A stretch of DNA of 64,000 nt from Patescibacteria group bacterium (GTDB taxonomy: Bacteria; Patescibacteriota; Patescibacteriia; UBA9570; JAHJKD01). Position numbers and translations under genes: made by a program. Shown one piece after another: positions 52,952 through 63,351 of this stretch. The notes beneath the pieces are model-generated. The model had not been told where the DNA came from. It searched no databases and saw only the letters and a program-made list of their open reading frames with translations. The DNA lies in NCBI GenBank assembly GCA_018822435.1, contig JAHJKD010000050.1, forward strand, positions 1,531 through 65,530. The letters are read 5' to 3'. Positions within the stretch are counted from its first letter, which is position 1. Each line of letters starts with the position of its first letter.

Positions 52952-53023
52952 TAAATCCCTTAAAATAAGGGGAATTTTACCCTCTTGACGCAATTTTTAA
53001 ATTTGTTAAGATAATATCATTGC

Positions 53024-53050
53024 TTAGCACTCTTATTTTAGGAGTGCTAA
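53024..53050 (+). promoter_or_regulatory. CIRCE operator (HrcA binding site) of groESL
   Basis: TTAGCACTC-N9-GAGTGCTAA is a perfect consensus. It lies downstream of TTGACG at 52985-52990. Confidence 0.92.
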
Positions 53051-53114
53051 TTAAACCCTAAAATATGGCTAAAATTAAACAAATTTAATTTAATAATAAT
53101 TAAGAAAAAATATT

Positions 53115-53390
53115 ATGGCATTACAACCACTCGGAGACAGAATCCTAGTAAAACCTCTCTCAGAAGAGGAGACAACCAAGTCCGGTATCGTCTTACCTGA
53201 CACAGTTGATAAAGAAAAAAAGGCCGAAGGCGAAATCTTAGGCATCGGTGACGGCGAAGACATTAAAAAACTTGGCCTTAAAGAAGGTGACAAGGTTCTT
53301 TTTGGTAAATATTCCGGCGAAGACGTCGAATATGAAGAAGACGAATTAAAGTTCTTAAAGTACGACGAAATTCTCGCCGTAGTTAAATAA
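53115..53390 (+). CDS. groES: Co-chaperonin GroES
   Basis: 91-aa ORF MALQPLGDRILVKP...GIVLPD... Confidence 0.97.
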   Translation: MALQPLGDRILVKPLSEEETTKSGIVLPDTVDKEKKAEGEILGIGDGEDIKKLGLKEGDKVLFGKYSGEDVEYEEDELKFLKYDEILAVVK

Positions 53391-53410
53391 TTATTAATTA
53401 ATTTATGTAA

Positions 53411-55093
<1,683 letters not shown>

Positions 55094-55095
55094 AA

Positions 55096-55129
55096 CACGA
55101 AATCACGAAATTTTCGAAAATCACGAAGG
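55096..55129. repeat. Solo terminal-repeat fragment of the MITE-like family
   Basis: CACGAAATCACGAAATTTTCGAAAATCACGAAGG resembles the left TIR ATCACGAAAATTCGAAAAAACGAATTTCTCGAAGG. Confidence 0.5.
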
Positions 55130-55160
55130 CGAGACTAAATATCTCGCCTTCATTTTATTT

Positions 55161-55320
55161 ATAGTAATTGGGATCACGAAAGTACGAAATTACGAATAAC
55201 TCGAAGGTAATGACTTTTAATATAAAATATTCGTTTTATTACTAATTTATTACGTATAAATATTGGTATCACGACTTTCTTCGTGTTCTTAACTCTTTCG
55301 AAATTTCGTGTTCCAAATCA
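55161..55320. mobile_element. MITE-like element, copy 2 (shorter)
   Basis: ATAGTAATTGGGATCACGAAAGTACGAAATTACGAATAACTCGAAGGTA...TTTCGTGTTCCAAAT. It has the same ends as copy 1. Confidence 0.7.
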
Positions 55321-55345
55321 CTTTATTTTTTGCTATAATTACCCC

Positions 55346-55819
55346 ATGGAATACCCTAATACAACCCAGATAGAAATCCCCAAAAAAGATATATCCGCCG
55401 GAGTAGGTAAAGCGAAGGAGGGCGATACTCAGGCTTTAGCCGAAAAATATTTTAGGACTTTTTTCCTACCTGGAATAATTGCCACTATTTTTGCTGTATC
55501 AGCCCAATTTATTGATAATACTTTCTGGATATCTCTGATCGCATATGTGGCCTTATTAATGTATGTCTCTTGGAGATTATATGAAGAAAAGGCTTCTCCA
55601 AAAATTTCTTTCTGGGCCATGTTTGTCGCTATGTTAATGATAACTTTCCTGGTCGCCGTCGTAAAATTAGTTATAAATTTCAAATTCGTGTATTTTCTGA
55701 ATTTAATTACAGAACCTCTCATCTATGCTATAATTGGTGGAGCTTTAGGTTATCTGGTTATGCTTGCCCTCACGCGGGGCCAGAAAAACCCAAAACCAGA
55801 AACTAAACCTAAACAGTAA
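55346..55819 (+). CDS. Integral membrane hypothetical protein
   Basis: The track start at 55283 lies inside the MITE. ATG 55346 (MEYPNTTQIEIPKK) is preferred. Four predicted TM helices. Confidence 0.6.
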   Translation: MEYPNTTQIEIPKKDISAGVGKAKEGDTQALAEKYFRTFFLPGIIATIFAVSAQFIDNTFWISLIAYVALLMYVSWRLYEEKASPKISFWAMFVAMLMITFLVAVVKLVINFKFVYFLNLITEPLIYAIIGGALGYLVMLALTRGQKNPKPETKPKQ

Positions 55820-55856
55820 TTAATCAATAAAAATTAAAACTGAAGGGAGGTGGATT

Positions 55857-56186
55857 ATGGAAGAAGAAAAAAAACAACCGGAAGCAGATTTAAAGTTTGA
55901 TCCTAAAGACGTAGAAGAGAATAAAGCTATCGCATGTCTGAGCTACATCGGTATTCTATGCTTAATTCCTCTACTGGCTAAGAAGGATTCCAAATTTGCC
56001 CAAGCTAATGCTAAGCAGGGATTAGTCATGTTAATCGCCTGGGTATTAGTAGTCATCCCATTTATTGGCTGGCTATGGGGATTGATCTTATTAGTTGTGT
56101 CTTTGATCGCTCTTATTAATTGTCTATCTGGCAAATATTGGAAGATTCCTGGCGCAAATGACATCGCCAAGAAATTCAACTTCTAA
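55857..56186 (+). CDS. DUF4870-like small membrane protein
   Basis: 109-aa ORF. KAIACLSYIGILCLIPLLAKKDSKFAQANAKQGLVMLI is typical of DUF4870. It is one of the few backbone genes with an SD (GGGAGG). Confidence 0.65.
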   Translation: MEEEKKQPEADLKFDPKDVEENKAIACLSYIGILCLIPLLAKKDSKFAQANAKQGLVMLIAWVLVVIPFIGWLWGLILLVVSLIALINCLSGKYWKIPGANDIAKKFNF

Positions 56187-56244
56187 TTTTATCTCTAGAG
56201 ATAACAATAAAGGCCCGCTATATCGCGGGCCTTTATTTATTTTT

Positions 56245-56285
56245 TGTAGTGTAGGGACAGAACAATGTTCTGTCCCTACACTACA
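56245..56285. repeat. 41-bp palindrome, GTAG-type (REP-like), copy 2
   Basis: TGTAGTGTAGGGACAGAACA-A-TGTTCTGTCCCTACACTACA. The outer 15 bp match copy 1. The inner 5 bp differ but remain complementary. Confidence 0.9.
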
Positions 56286-56291
56286 AAGTTC

Positions 56292-57299
56292 TTATTTATC
56301 TTCTTCTTTAACAGCTTCCCAGACTTCTTTTTTGATATTATTCATAATCTTGGGATTTTCTTTCAAGTAAGCTTTGGCATTTTCCCGGCCGACACCGAGT
56401 TTTTCTTCCTTGAATTTGTAGCTATTGCCGGATTTATCAACTACGCCAAATTGTATGCCTGTATCTAAAATATCGCCAGATAATGATATGCCTTCGTTAT
56501 ACATGATATCAAATTCAGTTGTCCTGAATGGAGCGGCTACTTTATTTTTTACGATCTTACATTTTACGCGATTGCCGATCACCCGGTCAACTTGCTTGAT
56601 TTGGGCGGATCGTCTGACTTCAATACGAACAGATGAATAAAATTTCAACGCTGTGCCACCAGTCGTTGTTTCCGGGTTGCCAAACATCACACCAATCTTC
56701 ATGCGAGTTTGGTTGATGAAAATCACAGATGTTTTAGTTTTAGCTATAATACCAGCCAGTTTTCTTAAAGCCTGGCTCATAAGCCTGGCTTGCAGACCCA
56801 TATGCACATCTCCCATTTCACCTTCAATTTCTGCCTTTGGCGTCAAAGCGGCAACTGAATCAACCACAATTACGTCAACACCGTTTGAACGGACCAAAGT
56901 TTCTACGATTTCTAAGGCCTGTTCACCTGTATCTGGTTGGGAAATTAGCATCTCATCTACATTAACTCCTATCTTCTTGGCATATTCCGGGTCTAAAGCA
57001 TGCTCTGCGTCTACAAAAGCAGCTACACCGCCTTCTCTTTGTACACTAGCCACAATATGCTGGGCCAAAGTGGTTTTACCAGAAGCTTCCGGGCCATAGA
57101 TTTCAATAATCCGGCCGCGTGGCACGCCGCCTACGCCTAAGGCCAAATCCAGAGACAAACAAGAGGTAGATATAACATCTACTTCCATTTGTTTGGCATC
57201 TCCAAATTTCATAATAGAACCTTCTCCAAAGCGCTCCCTAATCTGGTCAATTGCCTCCTGGGTTGCTTTTGATTTATTTTCGTCTTGTTTTTTTGTCAT
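56292..57299 (-). CDS. recA: Recombinase RecA
   Basis: 335-aa ORF with GPEASGKTT Walker A and conserved L1/L2 regions. Confidence 0.98.
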   Translation of the reverse strand: MTKKQDENKSKATQEAIDQIRERFGEGSIMKFGDAKQMEVDVISTSCLSLDLALGVGGVPRGRIIEIYGPEASGKTTLAQHIVASVQREGGVAAFVDAEHALDPEYAKKIGVNVDEMLISQPDTGEQALEIVETLVRSNGVDVIVVDSVAALTPKAEIEGEMGDVHMGLQARLMSQALRKLAGIIAKTKTSVIFINQTRMKIGVMFGNPETTTGGTALKFYSSVRIEVRRSAQIKQVDRVIGNRVKCKIVKNKVAAPFRTTEFDIMYNEGISLSGDILDTGIQFGVVDKSGNSYKFKEEKLGVGRENAKAYLKENPKIMNNIKKEVWEAVKEEDK

Positions 57300-57395
57300 T
57301 TTTTTTCATTAATTTTTTCTACGGGGTTTGTACAACTCATAATAACCGAAGAAAAACCGAAACACAAGTCCTCCCTGTGGATAACAGTAGACAGG

Positions 57396-58070
57396 CTATT
57401 TTTGCGTCTTTTTCTTGACTTTAATCTGTTTGACTATAACTAATTCCTTAGAATGTTTTTTCTTGGCTGAAATAGTCATCGTATTGATCCCCTCTTGCAG
57501 AGAAACTACTTCTTGAAAATTTCCACTTGGATCAACGCTTATCATTTGGCCATTTATAAAAACATTGGCCTCTGGATCTGTTTGGCCCACTATATTAACA
57601 GAATTATCTTCTGTAATCATGTTATCTGGCACATTGTAAACTTCCAAAGTCGGCGGCTCCACAATATTTGATATTTCAAATCCTAAATATGAAAAAATAA
57701 TTAAAACCACCATGGCAATCAGCAATCCATAAACTAATTTTGGTACATTTAAGGCCCTTTTAATATGCCGGGCTGACTTACCTGGTTTTTCCGGCTCTTT
57801 ATACATAATGCGTTCCTGATCATACATTTTTTTTACCCGCGGCCAGCTTAGTTGCAGGAAATTTGTGTATGTTTTTAAATAATTTTCTATAAATAAAAGC
57901 CCGGGTAATTTATTGTATTGCCCGGTTTCTAAATAATTAATATTTGATGGCTTGATCCTGGTCTGATCAGCGACCTGCTCTAAAGTATAGCCTTGTTCTT
58001 CTCTGGCATTTTTTAACTTTTCCCCCAAAGTTTCACTTCCAATAATTTCTTTCTTTTGAAACTCTGTCAT
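57396..58070 (-). CDS. RodZ-like HTH (Xre-type) membrane protein
   Basis: 224-aa ORF with an N-terminal HTH (LKNAREEQGYTLEQVADQTRI), a single TM helix and an extracytoplasmic C-terminal domain. Confidence 0.65.
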   Translation of the reverse strand: MTEFQKKEIIGSETLGEKLKNAREEQGYTLEQVADQTRIKPSNINYLETGQYNKLPGLLFIENYLKTYTNFLQLSWPRVKKMYDQERIMYKEPEKPGKSARHIKRALNVPKLVYGLLIAMVVLIIFSYLGFEISNIVEPPTLEVYNVPDNMITEDNSVNIVGQTDPEANVFINGQMISVDPSGNFQEVVSLQEGINTMTISAKKKHSKELVIVKQIKVKKKTQK

Positions 58071-58071
58071 T

Positions 58072-60399
58072 TTATTCTTCTTTACTTTCTTCCTCAGATT
58101 CTTCTTCTGTCATTTCTTCCTCTTCTGAATTATTCTCTTCACTTATTTCTGGTTCGTCAATTTTTACTTCTTCTTCACTATCCTCAGTAACATTACCCGT
58201 CTGCTCTTCATCTCTTTCAAAAAACTTATCGCCCTTAACCAATATTTCCCTTGGTTTAGCGCCATCAGCCGGCCCAATAATGCCCTGTTCTTCCATGATA
58301 TCTAAAATTCGGGCAGCCCGGGCATATCCGATTCGGAGTCTTCGTTGTAAAAGTGAGGCAGAAGCTTTTTGGGCTCTGATTACCACTTCTTTTGCTTCAG
58401 GCAATAACTCATCTTCCGCTTCATCAAAGCTGCCATTAGCGCCGCCCCCGGCACTGCTTGTCTGGATCTCTGTTACATCTTCAGTATATTCCGGCTTAGC
58501 TTTGCCTTTTAGGAAATTAGCCACATTTTCAATTTCATGATCTGTCAGTAATGCGCCCTGCAAACGTTTGGGGCTGGAAAGGCTGGCTGAAATATAAAGC
58601 ATGTCTCCTTTTCCTAATAATTTCTCTGCCCCAGAATGGTCAAGAATAGTTCTTGAGTCTACTAAGGAAGCCACATTAAAGGCAATACGAGAAGTAATAT
58701 TAGCTTTGATCAAACCAGTGATAACATCAACTGAAGGCCTTTGAGTAGCCAATACTAAATGAATGCCCACGGCTCTGGCCATTTGTGCTAATCTGGTAAT
58801 GGCTGCTTCCACGTCTCGGGCGGCTGTCGCCATCAAATCAGCTAATTCATCCACTACTAATACTATGAAAGGCATTTTCGCATCTGGATTAGCCGAATTG
58901 TATGCGTTTATATCTCTTTTACCTGATTGTGATAATAATTCATAACGCCTGTCCATTTCTGCTACCACCCATTTCAAAGCGTTAATTGTCTTTTTAACAT
59001 CTGTAATAACCGGCGTCAATAAATGAGGGATGTCATTGTAGACTGTAAATTCTACTCTTTTTGGATCAACTAATATTAATTTCAAATCATCTGGTCCGTT
59101 CTGGAAAAGCAAGCTCATGATAATGGCATTAATACAAACAGATTTACCAGATCCAGTCGCGCCAGCAATCAGTAGATGAGGCATGGTGCCAAGGTCAACC
59201 ATGGACATTTTACCGGACACGTCCCGGCCCAGGCATATCGTCAGATCACTTTTTCTTTGTTTTTTGAATTCCGATGAAGCTAGCATCTCTTTCAGGCCCA
59301 CTATAGCCACGGCCTTGTTCGGCACCTCAATGCCAACCAAAGATTTTCCCGGGATCGGTGCTTCTATTCTGACCGGATGCGCGGCCAGAGCAAGAGCCAA
59401 ATCATTAGAAAGAGTTGTAATCTGAGATATTTTCACGCCTTCGGCCGGATGCATGGCATATTGGGTCACCGTCGGGCCGACAGAAACATCAGCCATGTCC
59501 ACTTCAATGCCAAAATTATCCAAAGCTTGTTTGATCTTTTCTTTATTGGCGTCTATGTCGCCGGCGGACGGCTTGCCTTTCTTTTCTTCCAACAATTCAA
59601 GCGGGATGGCGATTTGCCTTCTCTTTCTCTTTAAAGTTGGCATCAATTCCATTTGCTCGCCGTCACCTTTTCCGGCCACTTCTTTTGTTTTAAATTTAGC
59701 CTCTTCCCCGTCTTCTGGATTTTCTTCACCTTCGGCCATTTCTTCAGTCACAAAACTAGATTTTTCAATGCCATCGTCAATGGCTCCATCTTTTTTAAAC
59801 AAGGCAGTAGCTTTGTACCAGGTCCGCCTGAAAATATTTCCTGACGGAGCTTTTTCCATGATCCGGGAAAGCGACCAATTAAACATAAGCAACCAGGAAA
59901 TCGCAAACAAAGCAATCAAAACTACTAATGCTCCCCAGAAGCTTAAAGCCTTTTCTAAAGTATATCCAAAAACATAGCCCAGATATCCGCCACTATGGCT
60001 TTCATTGGATAAAAGATCAAACAATCCGAAAAAGCTTAAAACAAAAATTGCCAATCCAATATAATTGGTAACTTTTATTTCATATTTTTCCGGAAATATT
60101 AAAATGTATCCAAAAACGATCAAAACCAAAGGCGCCACATATTTGCCCCAACCGAGAGCCATGTCCATGCCCGTATCCAGCCATCCGCCGATCCGGCCCG
60201 CTCCCCCGAACATGGAAAGCAGCAATAATAAAGCCAGCGCAAATAAAGCCACGATCACAATGCCTTTTTGCGTGTCCTTAGAAAGCCCGGCTACAGAGCT
60301 AGGATCATCCTCTTGTTCTGTGTCTTTGCCTTTTCTTCTCTTCTCTTTCTTGTCTTTCTTTTCTTTGGCTTTTTTTAATTTTTTCCTCTTTCTTGCCAT
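58072..60399 (-). CDS. ftsK: DNA translocase FtsK
   Basis: 775-aa ORF with N-terminal TM helices, the motor domain (AGATGSGKS, VVDELADL) and a gamma winged-helix domain (LLQRRLRIGYARAARILD). Confidence 0.95.
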   Translation of the reverse strand: MARKRKKLKKAKEKKDKKEKRRKGKDTEQEDDPSSVAGLSKDTQKGIVIVALFALALLLLLSMFGGAGRIGGWLDTGMDMALGWGKYVAPLVLIVFGYILIFPEKYEIKVTNYIGLAIFVLSFFGLFDLLSNESHSGGYLGYVFGYTLEKALSFWGALVVLIALFAISWLLMFNWSLSRIMEKAPSGNIFRRTWYKATALFKKDGAIDDGIEKSSFVTEEMAEGEENPEDGEEAKFKTKEVAGKGDGEQMELMPTLKRKRRQIAIPLELLEEKKGKPSAGDIDANKEKIKQALDNFGIEVDMADVSVGPTVTQYAMHPAEGVKISQITTLSNDLALALAAHPVRIEAPIPGKSLVGIEVPNKAVAIVGLKEMLASSEFKKQRKSDLTICLGRDVSGKMSMVDLGTMPHLLIAGATGSGKSVCINAIIMSLLFQNGPDDLKLILVDPKRVEFTVYNDIPHLLTPVITDVKKTINALKWVVAEMDRRYELLSQSGKRDINAYNSANPDAKMPFIVLVVDELADLMATAARDVEAAITRLAQMARAVGIHLVLATQRPSVDVITGLIKANITSRIAFNVASLVDSRTILDHSGAEKLLGKGDMLYISASLSSPKRLQGALLTDHEIENVANFLKGKAKPEYTEDVTEIQTSSAGGGANGSFDEAEDELLPEAKEVVIRAQKASASLLQRRLRIGYARAARILDIMEEQGIIGPADGAKPREILVKGDKFFERDEEQTGNVTEDSEEEVKIDEPEISEENNSEEEEMTEEESEEESKEE

Positions 60400-60476
60400 T
60401 TTTAAATAAAAAAAATAGGGTATATCTATCTTATTTTACCACTATTTCACCCCTTCGTCAAAGCTAAGCTTTGCCC

Positions 60477-60605
60477 CTAAGTTGTCTTTAAAAGCACATA
60501 CCATATTACATATAAAAAAACCAAAACCGCTGCCAGGCTGATATACTTCATTATCAGCGAAGCGTCTTTGGATAAGTGTTTTTTCTTAATCTTTTTCTCT
60601 TCCAT
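60477..60605 (-). CDS. Candidate 42-aa single-TM peptide
   Basis: My translation is MEEKKIKKKHLSKDASLIMKYISLAAVLVFLYVIWYVLLKTT. Below the track threshold. Confidence 0.3.
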   Translation of the reverse strand: MEEKKIKKKHLSKDASLIMKYISLAAVLVFLYVIWYVLLKTT

Positions 60606-60670
60606 AGTATTCTTATCCTATACTATATTATAAAAAATTCCAAGTAGAGTTATATGCTATAATAAAACAT

Positions 60671-60991
60671 ATGAAAATCATCTACGACCAAAATCCGCCC
60701 ATCAACATGCGCAACCTGCTCATGAAAATCGGTTATCACGAACATTATGACTATAAAATGAAAAGGTCTTCTTTTGTTTCTCCCCTTAGCTCTGGTTATT
60801 ACCCCCGCTTTCATATTTATACAAAGGATAAACACGACGGCTCCATAGAGCTTGATCTTCATCTTGATCAAAAAAAGGCCTCATACAAAGGTACGAAGGC
60901 CCATATGGGCGAGTCTGACTCTTCTAATGTTTTAGAAGAAGGCGCCCGCATCCAGCGCTGGCTGGATTACGCCCGCATCCAGCGCCGTTAA
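60671..60991 (+). CDS. Hypothetical protein (106 aa)
   Basis: ORF in AT-rich context. No family recognised. Confidence 0.5.
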   Translation: MKIIYDQNPPINMRNLLMKIGYHEHYDYKMKRSSFVSPLSSGYYPRFHIYTKDKHDGSIELDLHLDQKKASYKGTKAHMGESDSSNVLEEGARIQRWLDYARIQRR

Positions 60992-62800
60992 TTACTCCCA
61001 TTCAATCGTTCCTGGCGGTTTATTTGTAATATCGTAAAAGATATAATCTATGCCTTTTATTTTTTTCAAACGGTTTACCAGTAATTTCAGCAAGTGGTCG
61101 TCCATGCGGTAAAAATTTACAGTCATGGCTTCTTCAGATTCAATCGGCCTAAGAACGATAGATTCGCCTTTATTGCCAAACGGCACTAACACGACCGGGT
61201 TTTGCCAGATATCTTTATAAATCTCTTTTTCCCGCATAAATCTGGTCACTTCATCATCCACTTCCCGGAGTAAGTCTAATCTCTTTTTTGTCAGAGTCGC
61301 TTTTTTCATTTTTGCCTCGCTGGAAATCTTCTTCTTGTCCACTAAATAGATAACTCTGTTAATATCTTTGTCATTGGTAATATTAATGGAAAGAGTATTT
61401 AATAGTTCCCAGTCCGTCTCGCCGATAATTACGGCCGGGTGGCGATAGGTTCTTTCGTCTCCTTGCACACCCACGCTTTTAACAGGTAAAATCTCTACAT
61501 CTAGACCGTGCGGTTTAACATATTTTCCTAATTTATCTAAAATTCGCTTTTTCTCCTCTACTTTCTCTTTTCCATCTGAACAAAGACAGCGGATGGCCAG
61601 GCCCGGACCGGGAAAAGGATGCCGTGATAAAAGTTCCCTGTTTATTTTCAATTGCTTGCCTAACTCCCTAACTTCATCTTTATAAAAATCCGCAATCGGT
61701 TCAATTATCTTTCCCTCATCCATCATCTCCTGGATCAGGTCTACCCGGTTATGATGGGTTTTGATTTTATCCGCGTGTTGGGTGCTGCCGGATTCAATCG
61801 TGTCCGGATAAATCGTGCCCTGCCCGAGGAGCCAACCTTCTTTGTCTGGGTCAATGTCTAATTTTTCCATTTCTTCATTGGCGATATTCACGAACATCTC
61901 TCCGATGATCTGCCTCTTTTTTTCCGGATCAATCACGCCTTCTACCGCTTTTAAAAATCTGGCCGAAGCATCAACCATATGTAAATCCGGAAAACCGGCC
62001 TTTTTTAAGAATTCCATTACTTTCTTGCTTTCATCTTTTCTCATGAAACCGTTGTCCACGTGCAGACCGTATACATCATCCAAACCAAGCGCTTTTTCCA
62101 GTAAGGCAAAACTGACAGTTGAATCAACTCCGCCAGAAACCAGCAAAAATACATTTTTATTTTTTGCTTCGGTTTTTAAGGTATTCATTAATTCTATCGT
62201 CATGTCATCAACTTTCCAGTCCGGCTTCATTTTACAAATATCAAATACAAAATTAGATAATATATCCTGGCCGTGTTTGGTATGGTTCACTTCCGGATGG
62301 AATTGAAACCCGTAAACCTTTTTTGCTTTATTGCGCATAGCTGCCACTGGACAATCCGTAGTCGCCCCGATCAGTTCAAAGCCTTCTGGCATTTTCACGA
62401 CTTGATCGCCATGACTCATCCAAATTCGTTCTTTGTCCTTTAGACCCTTGAAAATATCATCTTTTTCTTCCACAAACAGATCGGCCTGGCCATATTCGCC
62501 CTGATCACCAGAAAGTAATGTTCCGCCTAAATATGTCGCTATTAATTGATGGCCATAGCACAAACCCAAAACAGGCACACCCATTTTGAATATACCGGGG
62601 TCAAATCTTAAAAAACCCTTATCTTTTACAATCGATCTAGGACCGCCAGATAAAATAATGCCGCCAATGTTCTTCACTTTAGAAAAATCCGTATCAGGTG
62701 CGTAAATTTTGGCTAAAACATCAAGCTGCCTGATTCTTCTGGAAATCAGGTGTGTATATTGGGATCCGAAGTCTAAAATTGCGATTTGTTTATGTTCCAT
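60992..62800 (-). CDS. guaA: GMP synthase (glutamine-hydrolysing), long form
   Basis: 602-aa ORF with a GATase domain (LGLCYGHQ), the PP-loop SGGVDSTV and a C-terminal ...KPPGTIEWE. Confidence 0.95.
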   Translation of the reverse strand: MEHKQIAILDFGSQYTHLISRRIRQLDVLAKIYAPDTDFSKVKNIGGIILSGGPRSIVKDKGFLRFDPGIFKMGVPVLGLCYGHQLIATYLGGTLLSGDQGEYGQADLFVEEKDDIFKGLKDKERIWMSHGDQVVKMPEGFELIGATTDCPVAAMRNKAKKVYGFQFHPEVNHTKHGQDILSNFVFDICKMKPDWKVDDMTIELMNTLKTEAKNKNVFLLVSGGVDSTVSFALLEKALGLDDVYGLHVDNGFMRKDESKKVMEFLKKAGFPDLHMVDASARFLKAVEGVIDPEKKRQIIGEMFVNIANEEMEKLDIDPDKEGWLLGQGTIYPDTIESGSTQHADKIKTHHNRVDLIQEMMDEGKIIEPIADFYKDEVRELGKQLKINRELLSRHPFPGPGLAIRCLCSDGKEKVEEKKRILDKLGKYVKPHGLDVEILPVKSVGVQGDERTYRHPAVIIGETDWELLNTLSINITNDKDINRVIYLVDKKKISSEAKMKKATLTKKRLDLLREVDDEVTRFMREKEIYKDIWQNPVVLVPFGNKGESIVLRPIESEEAMTVNFYRMDDHLLKLLVNRLKKIKGIDYIFYDITNKPPGTIEWE

Positions 62801-62896
62801 ATAGGCTTATTTTAGCAAAAAATTTTTACTTTGGCCAGATACAATTTTATCTTAAAAACATTGACTTTTTCGCTAATTTCTGCTAAAATTACATAT

Positions 62897-63307
62897 ATGC
62901 CTGAACCAAAACCAGAACGACAACCTGATCTGGCCCGCAAGATCCAAAGAGAATTTGGAATTATTTTGATCAAAGAGGGTGACGTTGACTTTGACAGTGA
63001 CATGTATAACGCAACCTTAGAAAATCTTTATAAAACATTAAAAGCACTGAAAAAAATTGATGAAAGAGAAGGCAATCAATTTATTCGCGGAACAAGTATT
63101 TTTATAAGCGATGAAGAACCAGAAAATGCTACGCCAGATGGGATTCGGGGGCATAGCGTCAAATGGGGGGATACACCAGCAGCAATGTTGAAAAAATTGC
63201 AAATAGTCAGGAAAAAGCGCGGCGAAATTTTCAACGATGAAAGGAAGACTCTCCCTTTAGACGCGGATGATGAAGACAATAAAGAAACCTTCAATACTGA
63301 CGAATAA
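62897..63307 (+). CDS. Hypothetical protein (136 aa), probably leaderless
   Basis: TTGACT (62861-66), 17-nt spacer, TAAAAT (62884-89), then 7 nt to ATG 62897. The track start at 62831 would lie upstream of this promoter. Confidence 0.5.
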   Translation: MPEPKPERQPDLARKIQREFGIILIKEGDVDFDSDMYNATLENLYKTLKALKKIDEREGNQFIRGTSIFISDEEPENATPDGIRGHSVKWGDTPAAMLKKLQIVRKKRGEIFNDERKTLPLDADDEDNKETFNTDE

Positions 63308-63351
63308 TAAATATTAAGACCCGTAAATTAGCTCTGAGTGACCGGCAATAA

